From the NCBI GenBank assembly GCA_951828515.1, contig OX639992.1, positions 1,706,561-1,770,560 of the forward strand: DNA of 64,000 nt, read 5' to 3'. The stretch comes from an uncultured Poribacteria bacterium (GTDB taxonomy: Bacteria; Poribacteria; WGA-4E; WGA-3G). Both the position numbers and the translations under genes were made by a program. The notes under the pieces were generated by a model. The model saw only the letters and a list, made by a program, of their open reading frames with translations. It was not told where the DNA came from and ran no database searches. Below are positions 43,114-52,692 of this stretch, piece after piece; position 1 is the stretch's first letter, and each line of letters starts with the position of its first letter.

Positions 43114-44736
43114 ATGAAGTTGTACAACAAACCCACCAACTGCGTCATGGTGGGTATTTATGTTTTATTCATAGGTGTCCTTTGTCGTCCTGTGGCGGCT
43201 TACATAGAAGGACCTTGGCTATGGATGATTGCCAGTGGTGAGAAAGTGGATGAAGACCAGCTTGCTGTGGCAAGCAGAGGAAAATTTACGGAAAACCTTG
43301 TTGCTGAATACGGTGTAAATGAAGGTGATGCCGCAGGACTGTTGCGATGGACGCGCGGCCGAATACGCCCTACAGTCGATTGCTTGTTCCGGGACTGGCT
43401 TTGCAATTCCAATAACGTCAACGATGTCATCAATAAAATAGGGTTAAGCACAGACAGTGGAATAAATTACCATGCAGCGTACGCTTTGATTAACATCGTC
43501 TCACCACGCGACCGAAAAAACGTCGCAATGGGTGTAGGTAGCGATGATGCAGTTAAAGTTTGGCTCAACGGAGAAATCGTACATGTGAATAACGTCAATA
43601 GGGGCACTACAGGTATTCAAGACCTGTTTCGCGTCGATCTAAAAACTGGCAGTAATCTCCTACTTGTTAAGGTAACGGATAGATTTGGGCATTGGGGCAT
43701 GTTCTTCGAGATCTATCTTGACAAGGCAAATTTCACCACTGAACTTCCTACCGGAACCCCTGGAATTTCTCTCGCTACGCAAATGTATGAAAAATATAGT
43801 GCAATCCTTCAACAACCGGAAATCCGAGAACGAGTGCCGGCTGTCCTGGGACACCTGCAGAGGCCCGAAATACAAGCACTGTTAACGCCTGTTACGATAG
43901 ATGCTGTTGTTAAAAATCCGGATCTTCTTGGAACATTCGGCGTAGATGATGAAGTGATCCAATTCCTTAAAGCACATCCGAGTATCAGAATCATGTTCAG
44001 CGATCCCGACTTTCAAACGCTGCTGCAAAATCCAGAGGCTCTTTCAGAATTCGCCGGGCTCATTACAGAGGATTCCCATGTGAAAATACCCAAACGCCAG
44101 CGACAACAACCCGGAGATGTTGACGGCAATGGGGTCGTAGATATACAGGACCTTGTATCTATCGCCTCGCGTTTCGGTCAAAAAGGACAGAATCCCGCGG
44201 ATGTCAACGGCGACAAGACGGTTGATATTCGGGACCTTGTTTTGGCTGCCGCCTTAATGACAGCCGGAAGAGCCGCACCTTCTGCTTACGCTGCCATAGG
44301 AACGAACCCCGATAATTTACCGCTACAGCCTGAGGACATCGAACTTTGGCTGACTCAAGCCCAACGACTTGATTTGAGCAAGCCAATGCTACAAAGAGGG
44401 GTCCACGTGCTCGCGCATCTCATGGAGATGCTAACGCCAAAAAGGACACACCTCTTGCCTAATTATCCGAACCCCTTCAATCCAGAGACATGGATCCCCT
44501 ATCAACTCGCCGAAGCAGCAGATGTTACGCTCACCATCTACGCCGCAGATGGACGCTTGATTCGGACCCTGGCGTTGGGGCATCAGTCTACAGGGATATA
44601 TCAGAGCAAAAGCCGAGCGGCGTATTGGGATGGGCGGAATGCGTTGGGTGAGCCTGTCGCAAGTGGCATCTATTTCTATACGCTCAGGGTTTCCGGAGAA
44701 TTCACTGCTACACGGAAGATGTTGATTCGGAAATAA
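43114..44736 (+). CDS. Secreted protein with jelly-roll-like N-domain, dockerin-type repeats and FlgD-Ig/T9SS-type C-terminal sorting domain
   Basis: Signal/TM (VMVGIYVLFIGVLCRPVAA). Two dockerin-like Ca-binding repeats (GDVDGNGVVDIQDLV, ADVNGDKTVDIRDLV). C-terminus: NYPNPFNPETWIPYQL...ASGIYFYTLRVSGEFTATRKMLIRK. Confidence 0.75.
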   Translation: MKLYNKPTNCVMVGIYVLFIGVLCRPVAAYIEGPWLWMIASGEKVDEDQLAVASRGKFTENLVAEYGVNEGDAAGLLRWTRGRIRPTVDCLFRDWLCNSNNVNDVINKIGLSTDSGINYHAAYALINIVSPRDRKNVAMGVGSDDAVKVWLNGEIVHVNNVNRGTTGIQDLFRVDLKTGSNLLLVKVTDRFGHWGMFFEIYLDKANFTTELPTGTPGISLATQMYEKYSAILQQPEIRERVPAVLGHLQRPEIQALLTPVTIDAVVKNPDLLGTFGVDDEVIQFLKAHPSIRIMFSDPDFQTLLQNPEALSEFAGLITEDSHVKIPKRQRQQPGDVDGNGVVDIQDLVSIASRFGQKGQNPADVNGDKTVDIRDLVLAAALMTAGRAAPSAYAAIGTNPDNLPLQPEDIELWLTQAQRLDLSKPMLQRGVHVLAHLMEMLTPKRTHLLPNYPNPFNPETWIPYQLAEAADVTLTIYAADGRLIRTLALGHQSTGIYQSKSRAAYWDGRNALGEPVASGIYFYTLRVSGEFTATRKMLIRK

Positions 44737-44826
44737 GTTTCTTCTATAATGCTGGACTCTGATGCTGAGTTAAAATGGACGGGCATGAAAACCTTGAAGA
44801 AACACCCAAGCAAAACCCCTTACATT

Positions 44827-46002
44827 TTAACGTCTGGCATGCTGTGATTCCGCAGGAGCGCGGTATTCAACATTAAGATGTGGGGTTTCTAAACGGATAT
44901 GCCCTTGAAGTCGCGAGGTCAGGCAACTTTCCAAAGCACCGCTCACCAGTAACGTTCGTTCTGCCGGATATGGTGCGACACCCGTTTCAAAAAGCTCCTC
45001 GATTTTGGCGATAAGACACGCAGAATAGGTGACGTTTGGCGTGGGTGTTAAGAAAAACTGTGTTGACACTGGAACAGGTTCGTCCTTCAGTTTCGCGGCA
45101 AAGCAGTAATCCCGCACCGCACCATTGAGCATCAAAAGCGTCGCCCTCAATCCGTCGTTATATTCAATGAAATAAGCGGATGGATTCTCGGCGAGCCGGT
45201 AAATTTCATCATTACGGATCATATCTTGTGTTCTACCGTCTTCATCCGTTAAACCGCACGGCGTATCACTTCTCGAAAGTGCCGCTTCCAACAATTCCAG
45301 AGACCAGCGTCCGTCCTCGCCCGCCTTCCAGACTTCCTCACCATCTATTAATTGGACAGCCGCAACCCCAGTTTCGCCTCCTTTTCGGCGTTCTATCATA
45401 CATTGCATTGCCTCCAAGGCATGATAATCCATCGGATCCGAGCCGCCAACACCGACCATAAGTGCTTCCTCTATCTCGCACTCCAACGGCAATTCGACAT
45501 CCGGTAACCGCCATGTGACAGGCAACGACGAACCCGCGAGCACTCCAAAACCGAGGCGGTGTCCATCGTCCACCATCTCTTTCGCTTTCTCAAAACTGTA
45601 GGAGAGGTGCTTGTCGTTGTAGACAGGCACGGCACGTCCATCCGTCTCAAAGACCTTGACGCACTCTTTGAAAAATTCGTACCGCGGATATAACACTTGG
45701 TTCATTTCATTGTGCGGGTAATCACCGTGTTCACCGATGAGCAACACAGCATCCACAGCAATCTCATCACCACCGCACCGCAGTGCTTCAGTAATAGTAG
45801 GGTAGACAGAGAAACCGAACTCTTTGGCACGGTCGAGACTTTGGTCGCCCTCTGGCTTCTGGTCAACAAAAAGTGAGACCACTTTCATATCCGGACGATG
45901 CCATCTCCCTTCAGTTGGATAGCCAACGAGAAACCTATCGGCGAAGTGCTGTGCGTGCGATAGGTAACGGTAGATAGTAGCAATAACAGCAATTCGTTTC
46001 AT
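44827..46002 (-). CDS. Conserved hypothetical protein, paralogue A of a tandem pair
   Basis: The ATG at 46002 (MKRIAVIATIYRYLSHAQHFADRFL) lies 4 nt after the upstream paralogue's stop. Shared motifs are IGEHGDYP.NE, LYPRYEFF and AGSSLPVTWR. Confidence 0.6.
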   Translation of the reverse strand: MKRIAVIATIYRYLSHAQHFADRFLVGYPTEGRWHRPDMKVVSLFVDQKPEGDQSLDRAKEFGFSVYPTITEALRCGGDEIAVDAVLLIGEHGDYPHNEMNQVLYPRYEFFKECVKVFETDGRAVPVYNDKHLSYSFEKAKEMVDDGHRLGFGVLAGSSLPVTWRLPDVELPLECEIEEALMVGVGGSDPMDYHALEAMQCMIERRKGGETGVAAVQLIDGEEVWKAGEDGRWSLELLEAALSRSDTPCGLTDEDGRTQDMIRNDEIYRLAENPSAYFIEYNDGLRATLLMLNGAVRDYCFAAKLKDEPVPVSTQFFLTPTPNVTYSACLIAKIEELFETGVAPYPAERTLLVSGALESCLTSRLQGHIRLETPHLNVEYRAPAESQHARR

Positions 46003-46006
46003 AACT

Positions 46007-47206
46007 TCAGGTCCTCCAGAAAGTTGATGCTTCAGTCGGTTGATAGGCAATGTCCAAATGAGGGGTCTCCTGCTGTGTGCTGTCAGTGAAGAGACTGTCA
46101 ACACCTGCGGCAACAAGTCCTGTCGTCAATAACGTACGTTCAACAGGATAGGTTGCTTCACCCGTTAGGAACATTTTCTCGATATTGTTAACCAACGGCG
46201 AGAAGAAGTTCGCCAACGTCGTCCGTGCGGGTGGCATCGGGAGATACATCTGCGTTGAAAGTATCTCGTTATCCGATCCGATATAAGCAGCAAAGTTGAA
46301 ATCCTGCACCAACCCGTTCATCAGGATCATAGTAGACTTGAGTCCGTCATTGTGTTCGTACTGATACGCTATCGGATCTTTTACGATCTCCTTCAATTCA
46401 TCAATATTTGGAAATGGATTGTTAAACCCAGAACGTGATGGTGTGAGCGTATGGCTCCGACAGAGTGCAGTTTCAAAGAGTTCTCGCGACCAGAGTTCGG
46501 TGTGATGTGCCTCCCAAAACGCGTCGCCACGATACGCCTGTAGCCATTTCACACCGCTCTCACCGCCTTCGCGCCGCTCCACCATACACTGTAAGGTTTC
46601 CAAGGCGTGGAAGTCGTAACTATCCACACCACCGTAGCCGACACATACCGCCTCGGAGACCGGGACGCCGAGCGGCATGTCAATGGAAGGGGTGCGCCAT
46701 GTAACCGGCAGGGACGAGCCTGCCATAAAAGCGAAGTCCATAGACTGGGACATGTCGTACATCTCACGCGCCCAGTCCCAGTTCCATGAGAGGTGTTTGT
46801 CGTTAAAGGTCGGCACACCGCGTCCACTCTTTTCATACACCTCAGCGATCTGCATGAAGTGTTCATAGCGCGGATAGAGACGTTGCCCTTTCTCGTTGGT
46901 GGGATATTCGCCATGCTCACCGATAATCAAAACACCGTCGACTGCGAGTTCCTCACCCCCGAGAGTGAGTGCCTCCGCAATTGTGGGGTAACCTTTCATT
47001 GTCGGGAAACGCTCCAATCGTTCGCTACTGAGGTCGTTGTCCTTGACCTGTTCGACGAAAAGGGAGACGAGATCCATCGGTGGGTGATGGTGTCGGCTGT
47101 TCCATCCGTAGCCTTCCAAGAATCGATCAACGATATGCTGTGTGTGCGAGTATTTGTGATAAATCGTCGCAATCGCGGCGATTTTAGGGCGTTTTTCCAT
47201 AATCAA
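46007..47206 (-). CDS. Conserved hypothetical protein, paralogue B of a tandem pair
   Basis: KIAAIATIYHKYSHTQHIVDRFL, IGEHGEYPTNE, LYPRYEHF and AGSSLPVTWR. It is collinear with 44827-46002. Confidence 0.6.
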   Translation of the reverse strand: MIMEKRPKIAAIATIYHKYSHTQHIVDRFLEGYGWNSRHHHPPMDLVSLFVEQVKDNDLSSERLERFPTMKGYPTIAEALTLGGEELAVDGVLIIGEHGEYPTNEKGQRLYPRYEHFMQIAEVYEKSGRGVPTFNDKHLSWNWDWAREMYDMSQSMDFAFMAGSSLPVTWRTPSIDMPLGVPVSEAVCVGYGGVDSYDFHALETLQCMVERREGGESGVKWLQAYRGDAFWEAHHTELWSRELFETALCRSHTLTPSRSGFNNPFPNIDELKEIVKDPIAYQYEHNDGLKSTMILMNGLVQDFNFAAYIGSDNEILSTQMYLPMPPARTTLANFFSPLVNNIEKMFLTGEATYPVERTLLTTGLVAAGVDSLFTDSTQQETPHLDIAYQPTEASTFWRT

Positions 47207-47257
47207 TTTCCTTTGTAAATCATAAGGTCAATCCTCACGGAGTTCTTCCGGGGAAAG

Positions 47258-47286
47258 AGTATACCAAAACCTACTCAAAATGCTAA
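47258..47286 (-). promoter_or_regulatory. Sigma70-type promoter candidate (TTAGCA-17-TATACT)
   Basis: Minus-strand TTAGCA (47286-47281), a 17-nt spacer, and TATACT (47263-47258), about 52 nt upstream of the ATG at 47206. Confidence 0.45.
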
Positions 47287-47349
47287 TAACTTACATAATG
47301 TAAATAGGGCATTCAGTCTCGCTATAGGGGGATTTCTAAATTCGGTATA

Positions 47350-48411
47350 TTACTTTTCATCTCCCTGTTTCTTGAGTTCTCCCCAGCGTCTCGGAAGTTT
47401 GCCTTTTGGGTTCACCGCCAGAAAGCCGGTGTCGTACGCCTCAACGATCGGTGAAAATATTCCGTTGTCTAACCAACCCCCCAAGAGATAGATGGTGCCA
47501 TTCACAACAACCGCCGTTGTTGCTTTTGGGATTGTTATGGGTGGCGCTTTGTGCCATTTGTTGACTGTTGGATTATAAATATCTACAGCATCAATGCGTC
47601 TAGACCAATTGTTCCGATCATAACCGCCTATTGTCCAAATCTCATTACCGACGACAACGGTTTCAAACCAACATTTTGGCATGGGTATATCAGGACGTTT
47701 ACGCCACGTGTTGATTTTAGGATTATACTCCTCAATAGCATCAACAAGGCGATCACCAAGGGGTCCCGCGAACGAAACTTCACCACCGAGAACATAAACT
47801 TTACCGTCTACAACTTCAGCCTTCGCCCATCCCCGTTCTGTCGGCATATTCGCTCGCTTCTCCCATCTATCGGTCAAAGGATCGTAAACCTCAACAAGAC
47901 CTATAGCCTCGCGTTTACCGAGTTTATTGTTGTGAATACTCCCACCAATGATGTATATCTCTCCGTCAACGACCGCGGTGACGAAACCCTTACGGCGCGT
48001 TGGCATATTCCGCTTCTTGACCCACGTATCGGTGCGTGTGTCATACATCTCAACGGTTTTTGTGTATTCGCCGCGCATCTCCTCTCTACCCCCAAACACA
48101 TAGATGTCGGTGGAAAAAACGGCAGCTCTGGCAGAAATCCGCGCTGTCGGCATACTTGCGGCTTTCTGCCATGTGTCCGTCCGCGTGTCGTAGACATCTA
48201 CCGTTGAAAGTGCAGGGGCACCACCCCCTAAATTTTCATGGTGATCGAAACCACCGGTCAGGTAAATTTTACCATTCACAGCCGCGGCTGCCATGCCCCT
48301 TCTCCATGTTGGCAGTTCGGATATCTGTTCCCAACCCCCAGCAAAACTGTTAGAGACACCAACGAGGAAAAGGATAATAAGCCATTGCAAATACCTGTAT
48401 TTTGCGAACAT
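47350..48411 (-). CDS. Secreted Kelch-repeat beta-propeller protein with divergent RRWGELK tail
   Basis: Signal peptide (LQWLIILFLVGVSNSFAGG). There are six or so repeats of the form ...G(K/E)IY..GG......V(E/D)VYD..TD.W...A.MP..R. The C-terminus is VNPKGKLPRRWGELKKQGDEK. Confidence 0.8.
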   Translation of the reverse strand: MFAKYRYLQWLIILFLVGVSNSFAGGWEQISELPTWRRGMAAAAVNGKIYLTGGFDHHENLGGGAPALSTVDVYDTRTDTWQKAASMPTARISARAAVFSTDIYVFGGREEMRGEYTKTVEMYDTRTDTWVKKRNMPTRRKGFVTAVVDGEIYIIGGSIHNNKLGKREAIGLVEVYDPLTDRWEKRANMPTERGWAKAEVVDGKVYVLGGEVSFAGPLGDRLVDAIEEYNPKINTWRKRPDIPMPKCWFETVVVGNEIWTIGGYDRNNWSRRIDAVDIYNPTVNKWHKAPPITIPKATTAVVVNGTIYLLGGWLDNGIFSPIVEAYDTGFLAVNPKGKLPRRWGELKKQGDEK

Positions 48412-48589
48412 AGTTTTCTCCTTATACGTTTAGAACGTGCGTTCGATATCAGACCTCCGGAAAGAGAACCTCTTTTCCTGTTAAAGACACAATTTTAGAG
48501 TGGAAAAGGTGCATAAAATTGGCACGTTAGCTGTGTATAAAGAAATCGTTCCTGAAAATCCATCGATTTGATGAGACACAAAAATCTAT

Positions 48590-49081
48590 CTACGGCGAGG
48601 GTATCGTAGAATCGACATTCAGCGGTTTCTCTATTAGCACAACCGGTGCCTGACAACAATCACAATTCCCCGGAGCAACCGCTCGGATATAGCACGTGTC
48701 GCAGTAATAGTAAAGTTCATGTACAACACCATCTTTGATCGCGTAAAATCGGATGACCTCCAGTAGTTGCGTTTTGGGAAAGACACGACTGTTGATAATC
48801 AGATCTTTTTGATGTAGCTGCTCATCAACAAAGAGTGCCTCCGCTAACGAAGTGCGCAGAAGGGTGTAGTAGTTGCCATCCTCTGTTTTGACACCGTATA
48901 GATGTTCATGGGATTTAAAAAGTTCTACGGCATAGTGCGTGTGCATCTCCTCCGCTAAGCAGACGATTTTTCCTCGGAGTTCAACCTCTTTCGGTTTCTG
49001 TACTTCAGTTGTTGGGTTGGCTCCGCTCATCAGAAAGACCAGAATAACGAAAAATGGGGATAAGCGTTTGAAATTACACAT
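48590..49081 (-). CDS. Secreted hypothetical protein with C-terminal CxxC...CxCC cysteine cluster
   Basis: Signal peptide (LSPFFVILVFLMSGA) and YYCDTCYIRAVAPGNCDCCQAP near the C-terminus. Confidence 0.5.
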   Translation of the reverse strand: MCNFKRLSPFFVILVFLMSGANPTTEVQKPKEVELRGKIVCLAEEMHTHYAVELFKSHEHLYGVKTEDGNYYTLLRTSLAEALFVDEQLHQKDLIINSRVFPKTQLLEVIRFYAIKDGVVHELYYYCDTCYIRAVAPGNCDCCQAPVVLIEKPLNVDSTIPSP

Positions 49082-49293
49082 TTTTAATTTATTCCTCCTG
49101 GACCGCTCTCCAAATGTAAAGCAAAGACAAATTATGCCATTTAAGGAGACATAATTTCATTACGAGCGGGTTTCTGGTTAATTTACGCTGGGCTTAGAGG
49201 TCTTGGTAATTGTCTAAATCAAGCTTCCTCGATCTTCAAGGATTTGTAGAATCGAATTATGGTGGTTTCCTGCAACAAACATAACAAAAAGCG

Positions 49294-49340
49294 CGTAGCC
49301 CGTAACGAAGTGGAGGGGTTTTTGCTTGGGTGTTTCCTCA
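49294..49340 (+). repeat. Dispersed ~47-nt intergenic block (copy B)
   Basis: CGTAGCCCGTAACGAAGTGGAGGGGTTTTTGCTTGGGTGTTTCCTCA matches 8045-8091. It is followed at 49383-49399 by an orphan copy of the CCGCAAGGTAAAATTAAA leader motif with no downstream plus-strand gene. Confidence 0.8.
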
Positions 49341-49396
49341 ACTCGAAATCAAAAACTTTCAAATTACAGACCACGTCACTTATCCGCAAGGTAAAA

Positions 49397-50266
49397 TTAA
49401 AGAGCCCACCGATTTGGACCAGGACCGGGTTGATGTTCATCGCGAACACGCTTAAATTCCTCAGGCGTGGTAACAACATTTTCAGGGTGCAACCGACTCC
49501 GCGCGAGAAAGCCTGCTTCGGGTTGATAGCCGGTCGGTTTTGACGCGTCTTGATAGCGGGAATCAACACTCCATCGGACTTGATGACTGACATTGGGAAT
49601 AGAACGGTGCGGGGTCAGATTGGTCAGTAGAAAAATGCTGCCAAACTTGACGGGGACCACTACGGGTTCGACTTCAGGCAATTCATCCGGTGGTATCTCA
49701 AGATAGAAACGTTCCGGAACGCTCTGATGCCGGAAAACGCCGTCTCGATGGACGTGCGGGATGACCTCCAAACACCCGTTCTCAACCGTAGCATCTATCA
49801 GCGGAATCCAGACTGTGAGTTGCAAAACAGAGTCGCATTTAGGCTCCATATAGCCAGCGTCTTGATGCCAAGGGACAAGGGTCCGGTCGTGTTCAGGAAG
49901 CTTCGGACGCACCCTATAGGCTGGGTGACACATAATATCCGGTCCGACGAGCGACTCAGCGATGTCAAGCAGTTTTGGGTTGATGAGCAGGTCGAAGAGT
50001 GCCGGTCCCGTGTGTGCCCCGCTGAACACCTTCTGGAACACGACAGGGGATTGCGCCGTAATTTTTGCCAAACGGGTATCAAACCCTTCCGTTTTAAATT
50101 CAGAGTCAATTTCACCTCCGGCGTAGAGTTCTGAGGCACCAGCATCAACAATTTCCTCAAACTCCGCGATAAGTGGGTTCAGATCGTCCGGTGCAAGTGC
50201 ATCTTCGATTAACAGATAGCCGTTCTCATTAAAATCGTGGATTTGCGAATCCGTTAATGTCTTCAT
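49397..50266 (-). CDS. Phytanoyl-CoA dioxygenase (PhyH) family protein
   Basis: MKTLTDSQIHDFNENGYLLIEDAL, WHQDAGY (H-x-D) and TPHRS. The ATG at 50266 is preferred because upstream codons lie in repeat copy 9. Confidence 0.8.
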   Translation of the reverse strand: MKTLTDSQIHDFNENGYLLIEDALAPDDLNPLIAEFEEIVDAGASELYAGGEIDSEFKTEGFDTRLAKITAQSPVVFQKVFSGAHTGPALFDLLINPKLLDIAESLVGPDIMCHPAYRVRPKLPEHDRTLVPWHQDAGYMEPKCDSVLQLTVWIPLIDATVENGCLEVIPHVHRDGVFRHQSVPERFYLEIPPDELPEVEPVVVPVKFGSIFLLTNLTPHRSIPNVSHQVRWSVDSRYQDASKPTGYQPEAGFLARSRLHPENVVTTPEEFKRVRDEHQPGPGPNRWAL

Positions 50267-50274
50267 TTTTTTAG

Positions 50275-50354
50275 TGGCTGTCGGCTGTCGGCTTCCAGCC
50301 ATCCGTGAAAGAGGTGTTGGGGTAACCGAAAACCTTTTCACTGACTGCTGACCG
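50275..50354. repeat. Heptad-arm palindromic intergenic element (copy 9)
   Basis: GGCTGTCGGCTGTCGGC...GTGAAAGAGGTG...ACCTTTTCACTGACTGCTGACCGC. Confidence 0.75.
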
Positions 50355-50403
50355 CTTAAAAACCTCTCCTATAATGTAAATGCGAAATTTGACAGCGTAT
50401 GAG

Positions 50404-50823
50404 TCAAATTTGGACCAATTCAACCAGAATGCCATCTGGATCCTTCGCACATGCAACGCCAACTGCGTCCGGCGCACCTATCGGGTCAGACAGGAATTCA
50501 ACACCATTCTGTTTTAGGTTTTCGACGGTTCCGTGAATATCCTCTACAAAAAAGGTAAGCCAACGGACACCTGCTGCGAATTCATCAGCTGGTGTCGGCG
50601 GTGGCGATTCAATATCCATTAGTTTGATAAGCGTGTTACCGGCTTTAAGTCGGACCTGGCGAAACCCTGTCGGTGCAAGCCCTACGCCGCGTGCCAGATT
50701 ATCTGGAATCTCCAACTCCAGCACAATCTCAAGCCCTAACTTGTTGCGATAAAAATCCAGCGACGCTTCAAAGTCACTACAGGTAATAGCAATGTCAATA
50801 GTGGGATGCGATAAGTTTAACAC
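50404..50823 (-). CDS. VOC (glyoxalase/bleomycin-resistance/dioxygenase) family protein
   Basis: A 139-aa two-module beta-alpha-beta-beta-beta pattern (HPTIDIAITCSDFEASLDFYRNKLGL ... FFVEDIHGTVENLKQNGVEF ... DPDGILVELVQ). Confidence 0.75.
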   Translation of the reverse strand: MLNLSHPTIDIAITCSDFEASLDFYRNKLGLEIVLELEIPDNLARGVGLAPTGFRQVRLKAGNTLIKLMDIESPPPTPADEFAAGVRWLTFFVEDIHGTVENLKQNGVEFLSDPIGAPDAVGVACAKDPDGILVELVQI

Positions 50824-50829
50824 GGGTTT

Positions 50830-52662
50830 CTAACCTCCTGTCAGAACGAAGATTGCCTCTCGAAATTGACCGAGTGGACGCGTATCATAGGTAATGTCTA
50901 CTGGAACGACAATTCTCTTTCCTGAAGCGTCAAGGTGCCTTGGAATCGGGACGGAAAAATCGATGTGACCATCTGATCGCGCTGAAATCGTTGTTTCTGC
51001 GGGAGCAAGCTCCATATTCCATGCGTTCGGAAGAATCGGTTGGGCGATTGCCGTGCGTGGTTCAGATGAATGATTCGTTATCTCCACACGTAACTGTGCC
51101 GTTTCACCAAATGCGACCTCCTGCTCATAAGGATAACAGCGGACCCAATGTTCGTCCATGCCGTAGTTCGCGTGGTCCCAAGGAAAGAGTTCAGTATAGC
51201 ACTCTTCACGTTCGGCAAGTATGTCCAGCATACACTGCATCTCGGCATCAGTAAAATCAAAGGCTGGATCGACATGGCAATTAAAGATATGCGTCGGTTC
51301 AAGTTGCTGAATACGCCGCAGGCACTTTTCGTAACCGGCATCCTTGCCGAGCAAATTTCGATTACCGGAACAATAGTCGTCTATCCCTGCCATCGTGAAG
51401 GAGTCACCTGCGAAGAACATCCGAACACCGCGTCCCTCAACGAGCAGTCCACCGTGATAGTAGGTCTGTCCCGGAAAATGGTATGCCGTCATTGTGAACT
51501 CATTCCACTGCCAAGAATCTCCATCACGGGTAATGCGATCCACTCGGGTGACCGAAGGCGAAATACAGGGGAGCCTGAAACCGATTGGGTTTGTGATGAC
51601 TCGCGCGACAACCGAATCCGTTATCGTTTCACAAGGGAAAGTCGCTTGAAATTCAGGGATAGCATCAACATGGTCATCGTGGTAGTGTGTCACCCAAAAT
51701 TGCGTGACCTCCGAAATTTCGCTATTTGCTTGTAACTGCTGGATCTGTTTGATAACATTCGGTGAGCCACAATCCATAACGAACGCTTCACCGTTTTCGG
51801 AGATAACCATCCATGTTGTGCCGAAATGGCGTAGGAATTCGGGTGGCGGTTTGCCCTCCCGGATAGGCATGTGTCCAGGACTTCCCTCAAATTCAGCAAA
51901 AAGTTTCGGAAAGTAGTGCCGGAGGGCTGAGATTGCGACATATTTATCGTAACAGCGTGTCAACCTCTGCTGAAGCGAGTCAATCGCCCTGTTTGGATCG
52001 TTCATAACAACACCATGCGTAGGAACAAGCGTCGTCGCTGATGTCTGGCGGATCTTCTCAAGGCTCTCAGTTAGTTCGTCGCGTGCCCCGAGAAACCCGT
52101 GGTAATCACTCGTCTGTTGTCCTTTTTGTAAACTGTAGAGGTCCCACAACTGACCCTCATCATAAATGAGATCACCAGAGAAGGCAAAACGTTCACCACC
52201 AACATCAACGAGATAGGTGACACTCCCATCGGTATGCCCTGGTGTTTCAAGAACCGTCAACGATGCCGGACCCCACTCAAACCGTACACCTTCGGTATAC
52301 GTATCCATCACAGAGATAGCATTGGCGAGCATGAGATTGTGGGGGTGGTAATTATAGAGGTGCCATCGATATTGTGGATCGTTCCAAAAGGTCTCGACCT
52401 CGCTAAACCACGCCGCCTCTTTCGCTGGAACGCCGACGCGAACATTATCAGGTATTGGAAAGCCCGCTGTGCTATCGCGGTGATGATGTGTGAACAGAAT
52501 TTGTTCAATGTCGGTGATGCCGAGTTCCGAGAGTGTAGCGCAGAAAGTAGTCCCACTCGGATCAATAAGAAGTGCCCGGTCACCATCACTGAGGATACCT
52601 GTGTTGACATGCCCATGATGAACATATAGGTGATGGCTGAGTTGAGAAAAGCGGGTCTGCAT
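50830..52662 (-). CDS. Double metallo-beta-lactamase-fold hydrolase
   Basis: Two MBL modules: the first has FTHHHRDS, the second has the canonical HxHxDH (WVTHYHDDHVD); 610 aa. Confidence 0.75.
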   Translation of the reverse strand: MQTRFSQLSHHLYVHHGHVNTGILSDGDRALLIDPSGTTFCATLSELGITDIEQILFTHHHRDSTAGFPIPDNVRVGVPAKEAAWFSEVETFWNDPQYRWHLYNYHPHNLMLANAISVMDTYTEGVRFEWGPASLTVLETPGHTDGSVTYLVDVGGERFAFSGDLIYDEGQLWDLYSLQKGQQTSDYHGFLGARDELTESLEKIRQTSATTLVPTHGVVMNDPNRAIDSLQQRLTRCYDKYVAISALRHYFPKLFAEFEGSPGHMPIREGKPPPEFLRHFGTTWMVISENGEAFVMDCGSPNVIKQIQQLQANSEISEVTQFWVTHYHDDHVDAIPEFQATFPCETITDSVVARVITNPIGFRLPCISPSVTRVDRITRDGDSWQWNEFTMTAYHFPGQTYYHGGLLVEGRGVRMFFAGDSFTMAGIDDYCSGNRNLLGKDAGYEKCLRRIQQLEPTHIFNCHVDPAFDFTDAEMQCMLDILAEREECYTELFPWDHANYGMDEHWVRCYPYEQEVAFGETAQLRVEITNHSSEPRTAIAQPILPNAWNMELAPAETTISARSDGHIDFSVPIPRHLDASGKRIVVPVDITYDTRPLGQFREAIFVLTGG

Positions 52663-52692
52663 TGGGTATCCTTGTTTACGGAGAACAGAATC

